A stretch of DNA of 64,000 nt from a virus. Taxonomy: Duplodnaviria; Caudoviricetes. Location of the stretch: the IMG/VR virus record IMGVR_UViG_2551306247_000001, positions 30,298 to 94,297 of that record, one strand, 5' to 3'. Shown one piece after another: positions 10,982 through 19,751 of the stretch (the stretch's first letter is position 1; each line of letters opens with the position of its first letter). The position numbers were made by a program, and so were the translations under genes. The notes beneath the pieces were generated by a model. The model had not been told where the DNA came from, did not search any database, and saw nothing but the letters and a program-made list of their open reading frames with translations.

Positions 10982-11941
10982 ATGAGAACTCATTTAACTG
11001 CACCACAAATTAAAGATTACATCATTGATACTATTATTATCAAGTCAAAACTTATATTACGAAAGAGTGATTTAGATGAATTATTGCAAAAATCAAGTCT
11101 GAGTTTTGCAAGTGGTTTATTAAAAAGTGACTCTAGAACAATTGGTTTTAGGCCTGAGGAACTCCAAGAACTAATCAATGAGATAAGAAGAAATATTGGA
11201 GATGTTGACCACCGAGATGGTCTGGTTATAACAAATTTTATTGCAGATAATGAACGGCTTTCTAAAGACTTTGAGGTAATGATCAAAAACAGTATTGCGT
11301 TATTGAGCTGGCATAGAGAAGAATTTGGTGTTGAAAAACCATTAGGTCTAGAATTTATTGATAAGGCAATTAGTGAATATGGTGTGAGTGAGCTCTCAGT
11401 ATTTCTTTTCTTGGAAAAAATGTCTATTCATTTAAATGAAAGTATTGGGAGTGAGTTTTCACAACGTATCCATGAAGAACCGATTGACTTGGATAATCTT
11501 TTTAAAAGTGAAAATTTACCCGAAAATAGCTTCTTTGATCAACGTTTTATTAATTACCTATCAATGAACTATGATAAGTTGGAAACAATTCATTGGAGAC
11601 AATTTGAAGGTTTGGTAGCTGAATTTTTTGCTCGTGAGGGATATGAAATTACTTTAAATAAGGGCAGGAATGATGGTGGTATAGATATTATTGCAAGAAA
11701 TAAAATTGAAGAGACAGTAACTATCATTCAATGTAAAAGATATCGGAAAAATAGATCTGTTTCTGTAGAATCAGTTAAGTCATTCTGCTTCGACGTGATT
11801 GATGGAAATTTTAATCAAGGTATAATTGTAACAACATCTTACTTGACTGATGGTGAAAAGAAAATATATAGAAATCGGTACCCGATTAGCGAAGTAGAAC
11901 ATCATGAACTTGAATCATGGTTACATAAAATGTTTAAATAG
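10982..11941 (+). CDS. Mrr-family (type IV-like) restriction endonuclease with unassigned N-terminal region
   Basis: C-terminal Mrr_cat motifs WRQFEGLVAEFF..EGY, DGGIDII, IIQCKRY; start uncertain (ATG 10982 after AAGGAAG, or ATG 10940). Confidence 0.82.
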   Translation: MRTHLTAPQIKDYIIDTIIIKSKLILRKSDLDELLQKSSLSFASGLLKSDSRTIGFRPEELQELINEIRRNIGDVDHRDGLVITNFIADNERLSKDFEVMIKNSIALLSWHREEFGVEKPLGLEFIDKAISEYGVSELSVFLFLEKMSIHLNESIGSEFSQRIHEEPIDLDNLFKSENLPENSFFDQRFINYLSMNYDKLETIHWRQFEGLVAEFFAREGYEITLNKGRNDGGIDIIARNKIEETVTIIQCKRYRKNRSVSVESVKSFCFDVIDGNFNQGIIVTTSYLTDGEKKIYRNRYPISEVEHHELESWLHKMFK

Positions 11942-11964
11942 AATAAATATTAAGGGAGTAAAGG

Positions 11965-13041
11965 ATGATTGATAATAATGATGTAAGCAAGGTGGAGCAT
12001 GATTCTATTAAAATAGATGTTGATAGTTTGACAAACTTACCTGAAAAAATAGGATTAGAACAAAGCTCGCTGATGATCTCAGCATTGACAAATTCGCTTA
12101 GTAACTTTCAAAATGTAATAAATAAGACAAATTTATCAGCACTTATAGCGGCTTCTAATGCATTAAATACATCTAGTTTAGCAAATCTTACTCATTTGAC
12201 TCTCCCTTTTGAAAAACTCAGTTCATCCATTCAAATAAACAAAAGTGCTATTAATGCAATATCGGAAGTTGTTTCTTTGTACAATAAGGTTTGGGCAGGT
12301 GAGCATTTACAAGCGATTCAGAGTATTACTGAATCTGCTAGAAGATTGATTGATAGCTATCAAATTGATTACTCTAAGATAGTTAGTAATTTAAGCGAAG
12401 TTCTAAAGTCACTTCCTTCACCTTATACGAAGGAGGAAATTGAACAAATTACCCTACGTGTAAAGCAATTAGCTGAGGACGGATGGGTTATCTATTTCCA
12501 GGATAGTAATATCTATCGTCGTATTTGTACTGAGGATTGGATTGAAATAGAGGAAAAGTGGTTTGTAACATTGAGAGAAAGGTTAGCGGATAAAGATGCT
12601 ATAGCTGAACTACAAAATTCACAATGTTATTCAAAACCGCTAATAAAGTCAATGGTTGATAGTTATCGGAATCAGAACTTCTATTCTGCGTATACTTTGG
12701 CTAGTTTAGCAATTGATGGAGCTCTCAATAGGGTTTCAGAAATGACTTCTTCAAAAAAAAGAATACCGGTTGGTCATAATGCTGTTGAAGAAATAGATGA
12801 ATTATTTATTGATAAATCATTTACTGATATCGGTTTGATGTATTGGTTATATAATTTTTTCAAAGATACCAAACGCTTTACAATTCATGAACCTAATCGT
12901 CACATGATTGGTCATGGCCGTTGGGAAGGAGAGATAACAGAGAAAATGTTTCTGCAGTTATTTAATGTCATTCTGTATATTTATGATGAGTATGATTATT
13001 GGGTGGAAGTTATCCGGTATGAACAGCAGAATGAAGGGTAG
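11965..13041 (+). CDS. Hypothetical protein with C-terminal HEPN-like Rx4H motif
   Basis: NRHMIGHG (RHMIGH at 12898-12915) preceded by helix SAYTLASLAIDGAL; S/N/L-rich helical N-terminal half. Confidence 0.6.
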   Translation: MIDNNDVSKVEHDSIKIDVDSLTNLPEKIGLEQSSLMISALTNSLSNFQNVINKTNLSALIAASNALNTSSLANLTHLTLPFEKLSSSIQINKSAINAISEVVSLYNKVWAGEHLQAIQSITESARRLIDSYQIDYSKIVSNLSEVLKSLPSPYTKEEIEQITLRVKQLAEDGWVIYFQDSNIYRRICTEDWIEIEEKWFVTLRERLADKDAIAELQNSQCYSKPLIKSMVDSYRNQNFYSAYTLASLAIDGALNRVSEMTSSKKRIPVGHNAVEEIDELFIDKSFTDIGLMYWLYNFFKDTKRFTIHEPNRHMIGHGRWEGEITEKMFLQLFNVILYIYDEYDYWVEVIRYEQQNEG

Positions 13042-14217
13042 ATGATCATGTTTGAACTGTATCCTTTTATTCAAGAAATGATTGATTGTGAAACTACTAT
13101 ACAAAAAATAGAAGTTTTCAATAGGTGGAACCTTGATAAGTGTAGAGTTTTTCTCTTTGATGAAGAAAAGTCAAATTTTGGAAATATAGGTAAATCAATT
13201 AGTTACGGAAAGTTTAATTTAATTGGTATAGGAGATTATCAAAAAATTTGGGTTATTGATAAAAATACTTCGAATACAAGGGACAATGTGTTACCTGTTG
13301 CTAGAATAGTTAACTATGATCTAAATGTATTTACCTATATAGACAATTTGTATCGTGGAAGAAATGTACCGGATAAGGAAAATTTTATTAAATTTTTAAA
13401 TGAAATAAAAAGCAGACATCTGTCAAATAATATTTCAACGGCATTAATGGAAAGATATACTACACCGATAAATTCGGAGTTGTTAGCTAAAATGGTTGAA
13501 AGTTACGTTTATTTTGACAGTCTTGAGTTTGATGTGTTTCAATCAAATGTGCCTCAGATTCTAGAGCAAGACAAATATATTTGGATGAGAGAAATTTGGG
13601 AAGATGCAGATATTTATCTAAACAATGATGAAGTGATACAACATTATGAGGCAGTTTGTTGCTATATATTGAAAGCATTTATTTTGAAAAACACAAAAAA
13701 TCTTTCTACAGAATCTAAAATAGCTGAGTTCAAACGCTATTGTTTTGAGGAGTTATGCATATTTTTAGAGTTGGAAATGCCTTTGCTAATATTGTTTTTG
13801 AAAAATGACAGTTCGGTTCAAGAAGTGTTTAAAAAGTTGCAGATAGGGGCTAAGCAGCTGGTAGATAAAATACATAATACAGCATGGGATATTTTTCATA
13901 TAAGATTATTAGAGCAAACTATTTTGTTCGATTGTATGGCAGATACAGAAGCTGTATATCTCCATTATTTTGCAACTGCAGATTCTGGATTAGCTGAGGT
14001 ACTTCGAGCTAATCCTATTAAAATGCTAGTTTATTATGATAAAAATCTTATACCTATACGTAGATATAGTGGTTTAGATTTTTTCAATCAGGATGAGTTA
14101 GATTATTATAATACTCAATCAAAAGTAAAATGGCGCTTGGAAGCAGTTCAGAGTATTGATTTCGGTTCTGTAAAGGAGAGGTTGATTGGTGAACTAGAGG
14201 ATTTACTTACGAAATAA
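13042..14217 (+). CDS. Hypothetical protein with PIN-like acidic motifs
   Basis: NYDLNVF, ALMERY, NTAWDIFH and FATADSGL in PIN-domain order; start abuts the upstream stop. Confidence 0.55.
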   Translation: MIMFELYPFIQEMIDCETTIQKIEVFNRWNLDKCRVFLFDEEKSNFGNIGKSISYGKFNLIGIGDYQKIWVIDKNTSNTRDNVLPVARIVNYDLNVFTYIDNLYRGRNVPDKENFIKFLNEIKSRHLSNNISTALMERYTTPINSELLAKMVESYVYFDSLEFDVFQSNVPQILEQDKYIWMREIWEDADIYLNNDEVIQHYEAVCCYILKAFILKNTKNLSTESKIAEFKRYCFEELCIFLELEMPLLILFLKNDSSVQEVFKKLQIGAKQLVDKIHNTAWDIFHIRLLEQTILFDCMADTEAVYLHYFATADSGLAEVLRANPIKMLVYYDKNLIPIRRYSGLDFFNQDELDYYNTQSKVKWRLEAVQSIDFGSVKERLIGELEDLLTK

Positions 14218-14300
14218 TTTTTTTATAACTTCCGTTCCACAGTATTATTCCAAAATCACCTTAACTCTCTTTCGTCTATTAGTATAGAAGAAAGCTCTCA

Positions 14301-14339
14301 GCACATGTTGAGGCGGTAAGTTTGCTAGTCAAGGCGTGA
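14301..14339 (+). other. rumA/rlmD 3'-end remnant 1, probable prophage attR
   Basis: GCA CAT GTT GAG GCG GTA AGT TTG CTA GTC AAG GCG TGA = AHVEAVSLLVKA*, matching the RlmD C-terminal HVE motif. Confidence 0.7.
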
Positions 14340-14411
14340 AGCAACGAAGAGTAGCATTTACTTCCGCCCATGCGATAGCTGTCGCAGAACATAGTGATGC
14401 GGTAACAGCGA

Positions 14412-14447
14412 ACCGCTGAGTGTGTTGCTCTACTCGTAAAAGCCTAG
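14412..14447 (+). other. rumA/rlmD 3'-end remnant 2 (older att scar)
   Basis: ACC GCT GAG TGT GTT GCT CTA CTC GTA AAA GCC TAG = TAECVALLVKA*. Confidence 0.65.
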
Positions 14448-14472
14448 AAACATTGGAACGAAAGGGATACTG

Positions 14473-14497
14473 AAAAGCCTTGAAACCAAGGCTTTTT
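14473..14497 (+). terminator. Terminator (possibly bidirectional) after the rumA remnant
   Basis: AAAAGCCTTG-AAAC-CAAGGCTTTTT. Confidence 0.8.
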
Positions 14498-14678
14498 GCT
14501 TTATGGTGGGGAAGTATCAGAGTGAGGAATTTTTTGGAGTGAGTAGAAGTGATAGCCAGAAATTTTCAGTTTCTATTTCCATTTACCCACCTAAAATTTT
14601 TAGAATATGTTAATTAATGTGCAAAATTAATGGTAAGTGGTAAGAGTTTTTAGAATTGAATATATACCTGTATTTATG

Positions 14679-14709
14679 AGGAGAACGGAGAAGTCTGTTC
14701 TCCTTTTTG
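14679..14709 (+). terminator. Terminator/attenuator-like hairpin upstream of the first element gene
   Basis: AGGAGAACGGA-GAAG-TCTGTTCTCCT followed by TTTTG. Confidence 0.6.
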
Positions 14710-14816
14710 TTCGTTTAAAATCTTATACGGAAAGGGGCTTTACCATGTGTTTAGATTTGGAGGAGTTGATTGCGGTAAACAGAGCATAGAGGGCTTGACA
14801 GAGTTAGGAGGCCAGA

Positions 14817-15311
14817 ATGATTAGAAACGAATTATACGAGCAGCTAATCAATAGTGAGCCAATAGGGTTCATTGATCCTTTTACTGATCTAGGGGAATTT
14901 GATTCTATTCAGATGAAGTTCAAGCAACCTGTTAGAAGCTTGGTAAACAAGTACTCTGGGAAACCTTACAATGCCCACTGGCAAAATAAGATTGAAGAGA
15001 TGAGGGTTCTATATATTCAATACCAGAGAAGCTTGAAACTCGAAGACGAGGAGCAGGCAGTTCATAATAGGGTTAGAAATAAAGAATCCAAAGAACATGT
15101 TCATGAAATCGTCACAACGTATTTGAAGTTGGGATTTAGGTTTAAAGAAATTGAAGCAAGAGTGTCACTATTCAACACTCGCTTACGTAGAAATTGGAAG
15201 AGGAGCGATTATGTCACAACTGCAACTCCTGAAGTTTATCTGAAGAGAGACTTACAGGACGGCATTTGTTCGTGTAGCTCCAGTATTCCAAAAAACATGA
15301 AGATTAACTAG
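14817..15311 (+). CDS. Hypothetical protein, possible HTH
   Basis: RBS AGGAGG; segment IVTTYLKLGFRFKEIEARV resembles a sigma-4-type HTH. Confidence 0.6.
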   Translation: MIRNELYEQLINSEPIGFIDPFTDLGEFDSIQMKFKQPVRSLVNKYSGKPYNAHWQNKIEEMRVLYIQYQRSLKLEDEEQAVHNRVRNKESKEHVHEIVTTYLKLGFRFKEIEARVSLFNTRLRRNWKRSDYVTTATPEVYLKRDLQDGICSCSSSIPKNMKIN

Positions 15312-15321
15312 AGGTGCTGCT

Positions 15322-15804
15322 ATGAAGCATGAAGAAATAAATGTAGATCCAGGGATATGCAGACGTTGCGCTTGTAACTGGGTTACACCCTGCATTCATG
15401 AAAAATATGGTCCGTGCTGGTGGATTGATAAGGGTCAAACATTATGTAGCCACTGTTTTTATGGGCTGAACGAAGAATCTTCTCAGATGAAAGTTTACTA
15501 TAGACCAGGGCATGATTGGCTAGAAAAAGATGAGGGGTTTGCGCAGGAGATATTGGCCAATCCTAAAAGACACTGGGTCTATGATATGGAGCATGATGTA
15601 CTATGTATCGTTATGATGGGCAATCATATTGGGGCTGTTCAGTTTATCGCAAAGCAATTCTACGGGCTTGGTCATATTTACCGTGAGGAAATTCCAAAAT
15701 GGCAAGAAATTATTGCCAATAATATGATTTTCTATAATGCAGCGGTCAATGAACCAAAGCACTATGCTTGGCACTTACCACGAAAATATCGCTTGGAGGA
15801 TTGA
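15322..15804 (+). CDS. Hypothetical protein with Cys-rich (Zn-binding?) N-terminus
   Basis: CRRCAC..PC..GPCWW..LCSHC. Confidence 0.65.
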   Translation: MKHEEINVDPGICRRCACNWVTPCIHEKYGPCWWIDKGQTLCSHCFYGLNEESSQMKVYYRPGHDWLEKDEGFAQEILANPKRHWVYDMEHDVLCIVMMGNHIGAVQFIAKQFYGLGHIYREEIPKWQEIIANNMIFYNAAVNEPKHYAWHLPRKYRLED

Positions 15805-15805
15805 C

Positions 15806-16492
15806 ATGGAAAATAAAATTATCGGGAAGATACAAAATCTTTTGGAGCTAGCTTATGATACACCAGACGATGAGGAGGGGCAAACAGCTCTTCTGATGGC
15901 TCAAAAACTCATGGTAAAACACAACATTTCCATGGCTGATGTCTCAGTTTCCCAGTTGAAAGAAATTATTGGAGAAAAAGTGGCGACTACTCAATATCGC
16001 TTGGTCTGGTGGAAAGAGCGATTAGCTGCGATACTCGGGGCAAATTTTAGATGCCAGGTTGTCAGAAGGAGAAGAGTCGACAAAGGGATTACTCAAATCA
16101 TTTTCTTTGGTTACGATTCGGATGCTGAGTTTTGCACAAAGGTCTATGAGGCGGCGCTGCTTTATTTAGACTATCGTCTGGACAGACTTTATAAGACCGC
16201 AGTAACCGCAAACTATAGGGAGTACAAGAAATCGTACTTACTTGGGTTCTTGGATGGTTTAGATCAACGCTTCAAGGATCAATGTTTAACTTCAGATGAG
16301 TTTGCCTTAGTCGTTCAAGTGCCTCAAGAGGTGTTAGAGGAACAAGCTAGACAACTAGGAGAAATCAGAGAAAGAGCTATTAAAGTTCCTATAGAAGAGA
16401 TTGACTTTGAAGGCTATTCTGAGGGGCTTGAGCATGCAAAAGAAACAATATTGATGCCAGATGAGTTGCTCAAAGCTAACGTTGGCGTATAA
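15806..16492 (+). CDS. DUF2786-domain protein
   Basis: KIQNLLELA..EGQTALLMAQKLMVKHNI N-terminus; ATG after GGAGG. Confidence 0.75.
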   Translation: MENKIIGKIQNLLELAYDTPDDEEGQTALLMAQKLMVKHNISMADVSVSQLKEIIGEKVATTQYRLVWWKERLAAILGANFRCQVVRRRRVDKGITQIIFFGYDSDAEFCTKVYEAALLYLDYRLDRLYKTAVTANYREYKKSYLLGFLDGLDQRFKDQCLTSDEFALVVQVPQEVLEEQARQLGEIRERAIKVPIEEIDFEGYSEGLEHAKETILMPDELLKANVGV

Positions 16493-16515
16493 AATCGTTG
16501 ATAGTAAGGAAACAG

Positions 16516-18009
16516 ATGAACTTAACGAACATTTACAGTTTGATTCTAAGAGATGGACTAAGACAGACCAAATATAGAAACAGTCACTTGCGGCCAGTTC
16601 CTTCAGCTGAAGAAGGGAAACGTGGGGCTATCTTTGCCTACCGTTCTAAAGAGAATATGGTCAAGGCACGTGGGGTCGTCTTAACATCGATGGAGGCTAT
16701 TTTAGAAAACCAGGATAGCTTTACTCACTGGACACCGAACGCCTACCGTTTTGGGGCTTACAGTGATGCTAACCGTCGGGTTACACGTGGGCACTCTGAA
16801 GACAATCTAAGGCAGATTAACACCTTCTATATTGACTTCGATATTACCTCTTCAGCTGAAGAAATGACAGCTGGAGATATTTTAACGACTACCATCGATT
16901 TAGGCTTCATGCCAACTCTGATTTTAAAATCAGATAAAGGGTTCCAAGCTTATTTTGTCCTAGAAGAGCCAGCTTACGTTACAGCACACTCCCAGTTTAG
17001 AGTGGTCAAGGTTGCAAAAGCTATCTCTCAAAATTTGCGTAACTACTTTAACCAAACCTTGCCAGTTGATATGACCTGCAACCACTTTGGTATTGCACGT
17101 ATACCACGGACGGACAACGTCGAATTTTTCCATGCAGACTACACCTACTCGTTCCAGGAATGGCTAGACTGGTCCATGAAGCAATCTGACCTTCCCTTTC
17201 CAGGAAAGAAACCAAATCTAACAGTTATTTCAGGCTCTGAAGGGGTAAAACAGATAGATGAACCCTGGTATGGCTTGCTGACGAGAGAATCCAATATCAA
17301 GGGTGCTAGGGACGTTATGGGACGAAATAACGTGCTATTTACCTTAGCTCTAGCTAACTTCTCTTCAGGTATTTCTCAGGGCGACTGTGAGGTCGCTTTG
17401 AACGATTTTAACTTGCAACTAGATGAACCGTTGTCTGCAGGCGAACTTCTGAAGCTGGTAGCTAGTGCCTATTCAGGAAAATACGAGGCGGCCAGTCGTG
17501 ATTATATCACGCTACTGTGCAGGGCTTGGGTCAATAAAGAGTTGAGTCCTTCAGACCTCTTTATCAAGCAGGGCTGGTACAAGTTCAAGAAGAAACGTGC
17601 TGATCGGAAACACAGCCATCTTCATGAGTGGAAAGCAGATGTGATGAACTACTTGGAAGGTTTTTATCAATCTGAAGATCCATTTATTCAGACGACAAAA
17701 AAAGCAATCAGGGAAGAATTAAACATACCTGAACGGTCATTAGATAAAGTTCTCAAGGTCTTAAAAGCTGAACAAAAGATTTTCTTTACAGTTAAATTTG
17801 GCCGTGGTGGAGGGATTAGACTAGCTTCTGTTAAAGCTATCGTCCTATCCATTATTCGGGTCAATAAAGAGCGCCAGGAAGCTTATTTTGCGAATATTGC
17901 TACTTTCTTTGATGAAAGTATAGAGTTCACCAAAAGGGTGATAGAAGGGGTTAAAAATGGGCTTAAACAAGCAAGACAATTATCTCTGTTTGAGGTTGAC
18001 ATCGGCTAA
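16516..18009 (+). CDS. Replication initiator, primase-C-terminal (PriCT) type, related to Inc18/pAMbeta1-type Rep
   Basis: THWTPN, FYIDFD, SDKGFQAYF and GRNNVLFTLALA motifs; C-terminal wHTH (GRGGG). Confidence 0.82.
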   Translation: MNLTNIYSLILRDGLRQTKYRNSHLRPVPSAEEGKRGAIFAYRSKENMVKARGVVLTSMEAILENQDSFTHWTPNAYRFGAYSDANRRVTRGHSEDNLRQINTFYIDFDITSSAEEMTAGDILTTTIDLGFMPTLILKSDKGFQAYFVLEEPAYVTAHSQFRVVKVAKAISQNLRNYFNQTLPVDMTCNHFGIARIPRTDNVEFFHADYTYSFQEWLDWSMKQSDLPFPGKKPNLTVISGSEGVKQIDEPWYGLLTRESNIKGARDVMGRNNVLFTLALANFSSGISQGDCEVALNDFNLQLDEPLSAGELLKLVASAYSGKYEAASRDYITLLCRAWVNKELSPSDLFIKQGWYKFKKKRADRKHSHLHEWKADVMNYLEGFYQSEDPFIQTTKKAIREELNIPERSLDKVLKVLKAEQKIFFTVKFGRGGGIRLASVKAIVLSIIRVNKERQEAYFANIATFFDESIEFTKRVIEGVKNGLKQARQLSLFEVDIG

Positions 18010-18060
18010 TGGATAAAACCCGCAAAGTCCCATTACATTATATCTATGATAATGGGAGTA
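18010..18060. other. Candidate replication origin/hairpin directly downstream of rep
   Basis: Inverted repeat TCCCATTA (18028-35)...TAATGGGA (18050-57); Inc18-type origins lie just 3' of rep. Confidence 0.35.
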
Positions 18061-18114
18061 GATTGTAAGGGGCCAGAATTTTGATTAGAGAAAATATAGA
18101 GAAGGAGTACATAT

Positions 18115-18267
18115 ATGATTTTAGTTGTTGTAGGAGTCTTTTCTTTAGGGGGCTCATTGTTTGTTGTATCGATGTTATATGCTAACCATCAGATCAGGTA
18201 TAGAAATGGATATGATGATGAATTAGAGGGAGACTACCAAACATTAATGGAGCAACAGAGAAAGTGA
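18115..18267 (+). CDS. Small 50-aa membrane protein (not in ORF track)
   Basis: RBS GAAGGAG; MILVVVGVFSLGGSLFVVSMLYANHQ...RK*. Confidence 0.6.
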   Translation: MILVVVGVFSLGGSLFVVSMLYANHQIRYRNGYDDELEGDYQTLMEQQRK

Positions 18268-18275
18268 GGAATACT

Positions 18276-18479
18276 ATGGGATATGTAGTTTTTAGTTTCG
18301 AGGATGGAGACTACCTTTGTGATAAAGAAGGGCGTATCTTGGTTTTTGAGAGTAGGGGATTAGCTTGCCAATACATGCAGGTAAACTATCATATTCCTCT
18401 ACCTGTTCAGAAGACAAAAAGGATTATTCATTATCCGAAGTACTACCAGGCCCCGTTTAGGGTTCAAAAGGTTTGCTAG
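18276..18479 (+). CDS. Hypothetical protein
   Basis: ATG after GAGGA, tightly packed operon. Confidence 0.6.
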   Translation: MGYVVFSFEDGDYLCDKEGRILVFESRGLACQYMQVNYHIPLPVQKTKRIIHYPKYYQAPFRVQKVC

Positions 18480-18493
18480 GGAAAGGGATTGTG

Positions 18494-18676
18494 ATGAGAG
18501 AGAAAGATGAAAAACTGTATGTTGGAAGATTTTATCTGTTTGATATTATTCCCTTATGGAAAGTAAAAATGACCAAGGAGGAATGGCTAGAAGAAGCATT
18601 TTTTAGGTCTTCCAAGAAGAAAATAATTGAATGTGTTTTTATTGATGAGGAGGAAGAGGATGACCGAGAAATTTAA
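18494..18676 (+). CDS. Hypothetical protein with acidic tail
   Basis: Packed between neighbouring genes, RBS-like AAAGGGA. Confidence 0.5.
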   Translation: MREKDEKLYVGRFYLFDIIPLWKVKMTKEEWLEEAFFRSSKKKIIECVFIDEEEEDDREI

Positions 18677-19070
18677 GATTGTACGTGGCTATTATTTAAC
18701 AGGAGTAGGGCAAGAAGATTCTGTCTATTACTTTAAAATCAATCAGGAATTTCCTGAGTTTGAAACTATAAAAGCAGGCGATGTTGCTTTGACCTTTTAC
18801 CAGAATGGGGATGCAATAACAAGTGTTCCAGCGCTGATCAGAGTAGATGGTATCATCGAGGCAGAGAAGCAAGTTCATGAATTTCTTCAGGGAGAGAAGA
18901 AGGACGGTCTTCCTATGCTACCACTGGTTGGGCTGTATGAGCATTTTGATCCTTTGCGTTTTAATTCTATGATGGCTGTCTTTGATAGTCTGAAAGTCGA
19001 TATAAAACGATTGGCAAAAGTAAACTATGTCCAAGGGGACTTGTTCGAGCTGATGGGAGGTGAAGTGTGA
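18660..19070 (+). CDS. Hypothetical protein (DUF5839-like)
   Basis: MTEKFKIVRGYYL start after AGGAGG. Confidence 0.6.
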   Translation: MTEKFKIVRGYYLTGVGQEDSVYYFKINQEFPEFETIKAGDVALTFYQNGDAITSVPALIRVDGIIEAEKQVHEFLQGEKKDGLPMLPLVGLYEHFDPLRFNSMMAVFDSLKVDIKRLAKVNYVQGDLFELMGGEV

Positions 19071-19516
19071 TGTCTGATAACTTTAGATTCCCTAAGATGA
19101 TTTTAGGGGCACTAGCAGTGATCGGCATATTATTTTTTACAGTTATAGGCGTACAAACGGTATGGAGTGAATATATCGTCAAAGATTATGATAAGCGGCT
19201 TATTGAACAGGTCTATGTGGATGCTGCGGTGGAACAGAACGTTAATCTAGTTTTTTATAGAACAGGTTGCCCCTATTGTGAAAAAGGGAAGCAGGCTGTT
19301 ATTAGCGCTGCGAAGAACAGCCCCTATCCGACATTTTTCATCGATGTAGAGTCAGAAGATGGTCAAATTCTTGTGAAGAAATACCAGGTCGAGTACGCTG
19401 CATCTATTATCAAAATTCGAGACGGGAAGTCGTCCATTTATCAGTATGCGATAAAAAATAAACCTGGGCAGATTGAAGCTGATCAGGTAACGATTAAGGA
19501 GGCTATGGGTGAGTAG
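19070..19516 (+). CDS. Membrane-anchored thioredoxin-like protein
   Basis: N-terminal TM helix and FYRTGCPYC (CxxC). Confidence 0.8.
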   Translation: MSDNFRFPKMILGALAVIGILFFTVIGVQTVWSEYIVKDYDKRLIEQVYVDAAVEQNVNLVFYRTGCPYCEKGKQAVISAAKNSPYPTFFIDVESEDGQILVKKYQVEYAASIIKIRDGKSSIYQYAIKNKPGQIEADQVTIKEAMGE

Positions 19517-19739
19517 AAAAAGCAAGCTCAGTAAGTGGGCCGAAATTGCCTTTCACTTTGATAGTGAATTATGGCGAGCAAAAACAGAAGAAGGTATGGT
19601 TGTTTTAGGGAGACTTCTAGATGGAACCTTTACCTTGTTTCGTTTCAACGATGAGGGTGGGAAACTGACTCATATTTCAGAAAATGAAGCCCTGTGGTTA
19701 ACACTTGAGTTAGTTCCAGAGAAGATGGACTGTATTTAG
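19509..19739 (+). CDS. Hypothetical protein
   Basis: 76 aa, overlaps the upstream stop, RBS AAGGAGG. Confidence 0.6.
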   Translation: MSRKSKLSKWAEIAFHFDSELWRAKTEEGMVVLGRLLDGTFTLFRFNDEGGKLTHISENEALWLTLELVPEKMDCI

Positions 19740-19751
19740 GAAAGGGGAGAA

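Larger units (their letters stand above)
1..14312 (+). mobile_element. Right end of a streptococcal siphovirus prophage (phi-m46.1/phi10394.4-like organisation), integrated at the rumA 3' end
   Basis: Order tape measure-Dit-tail spike-holin-lysin-two serine recombinases-cargo, ending at a rumA C-terminal remnant; left part lies outside the window. Confidence 0.88.

Noticed and set aside
14220-14500. GC-richer intergenic stretch as an ncRNA or tRNA
   Set aside because: No cloverleaf or recognisable RNA motif; better explained by two rumA tails and a terminator
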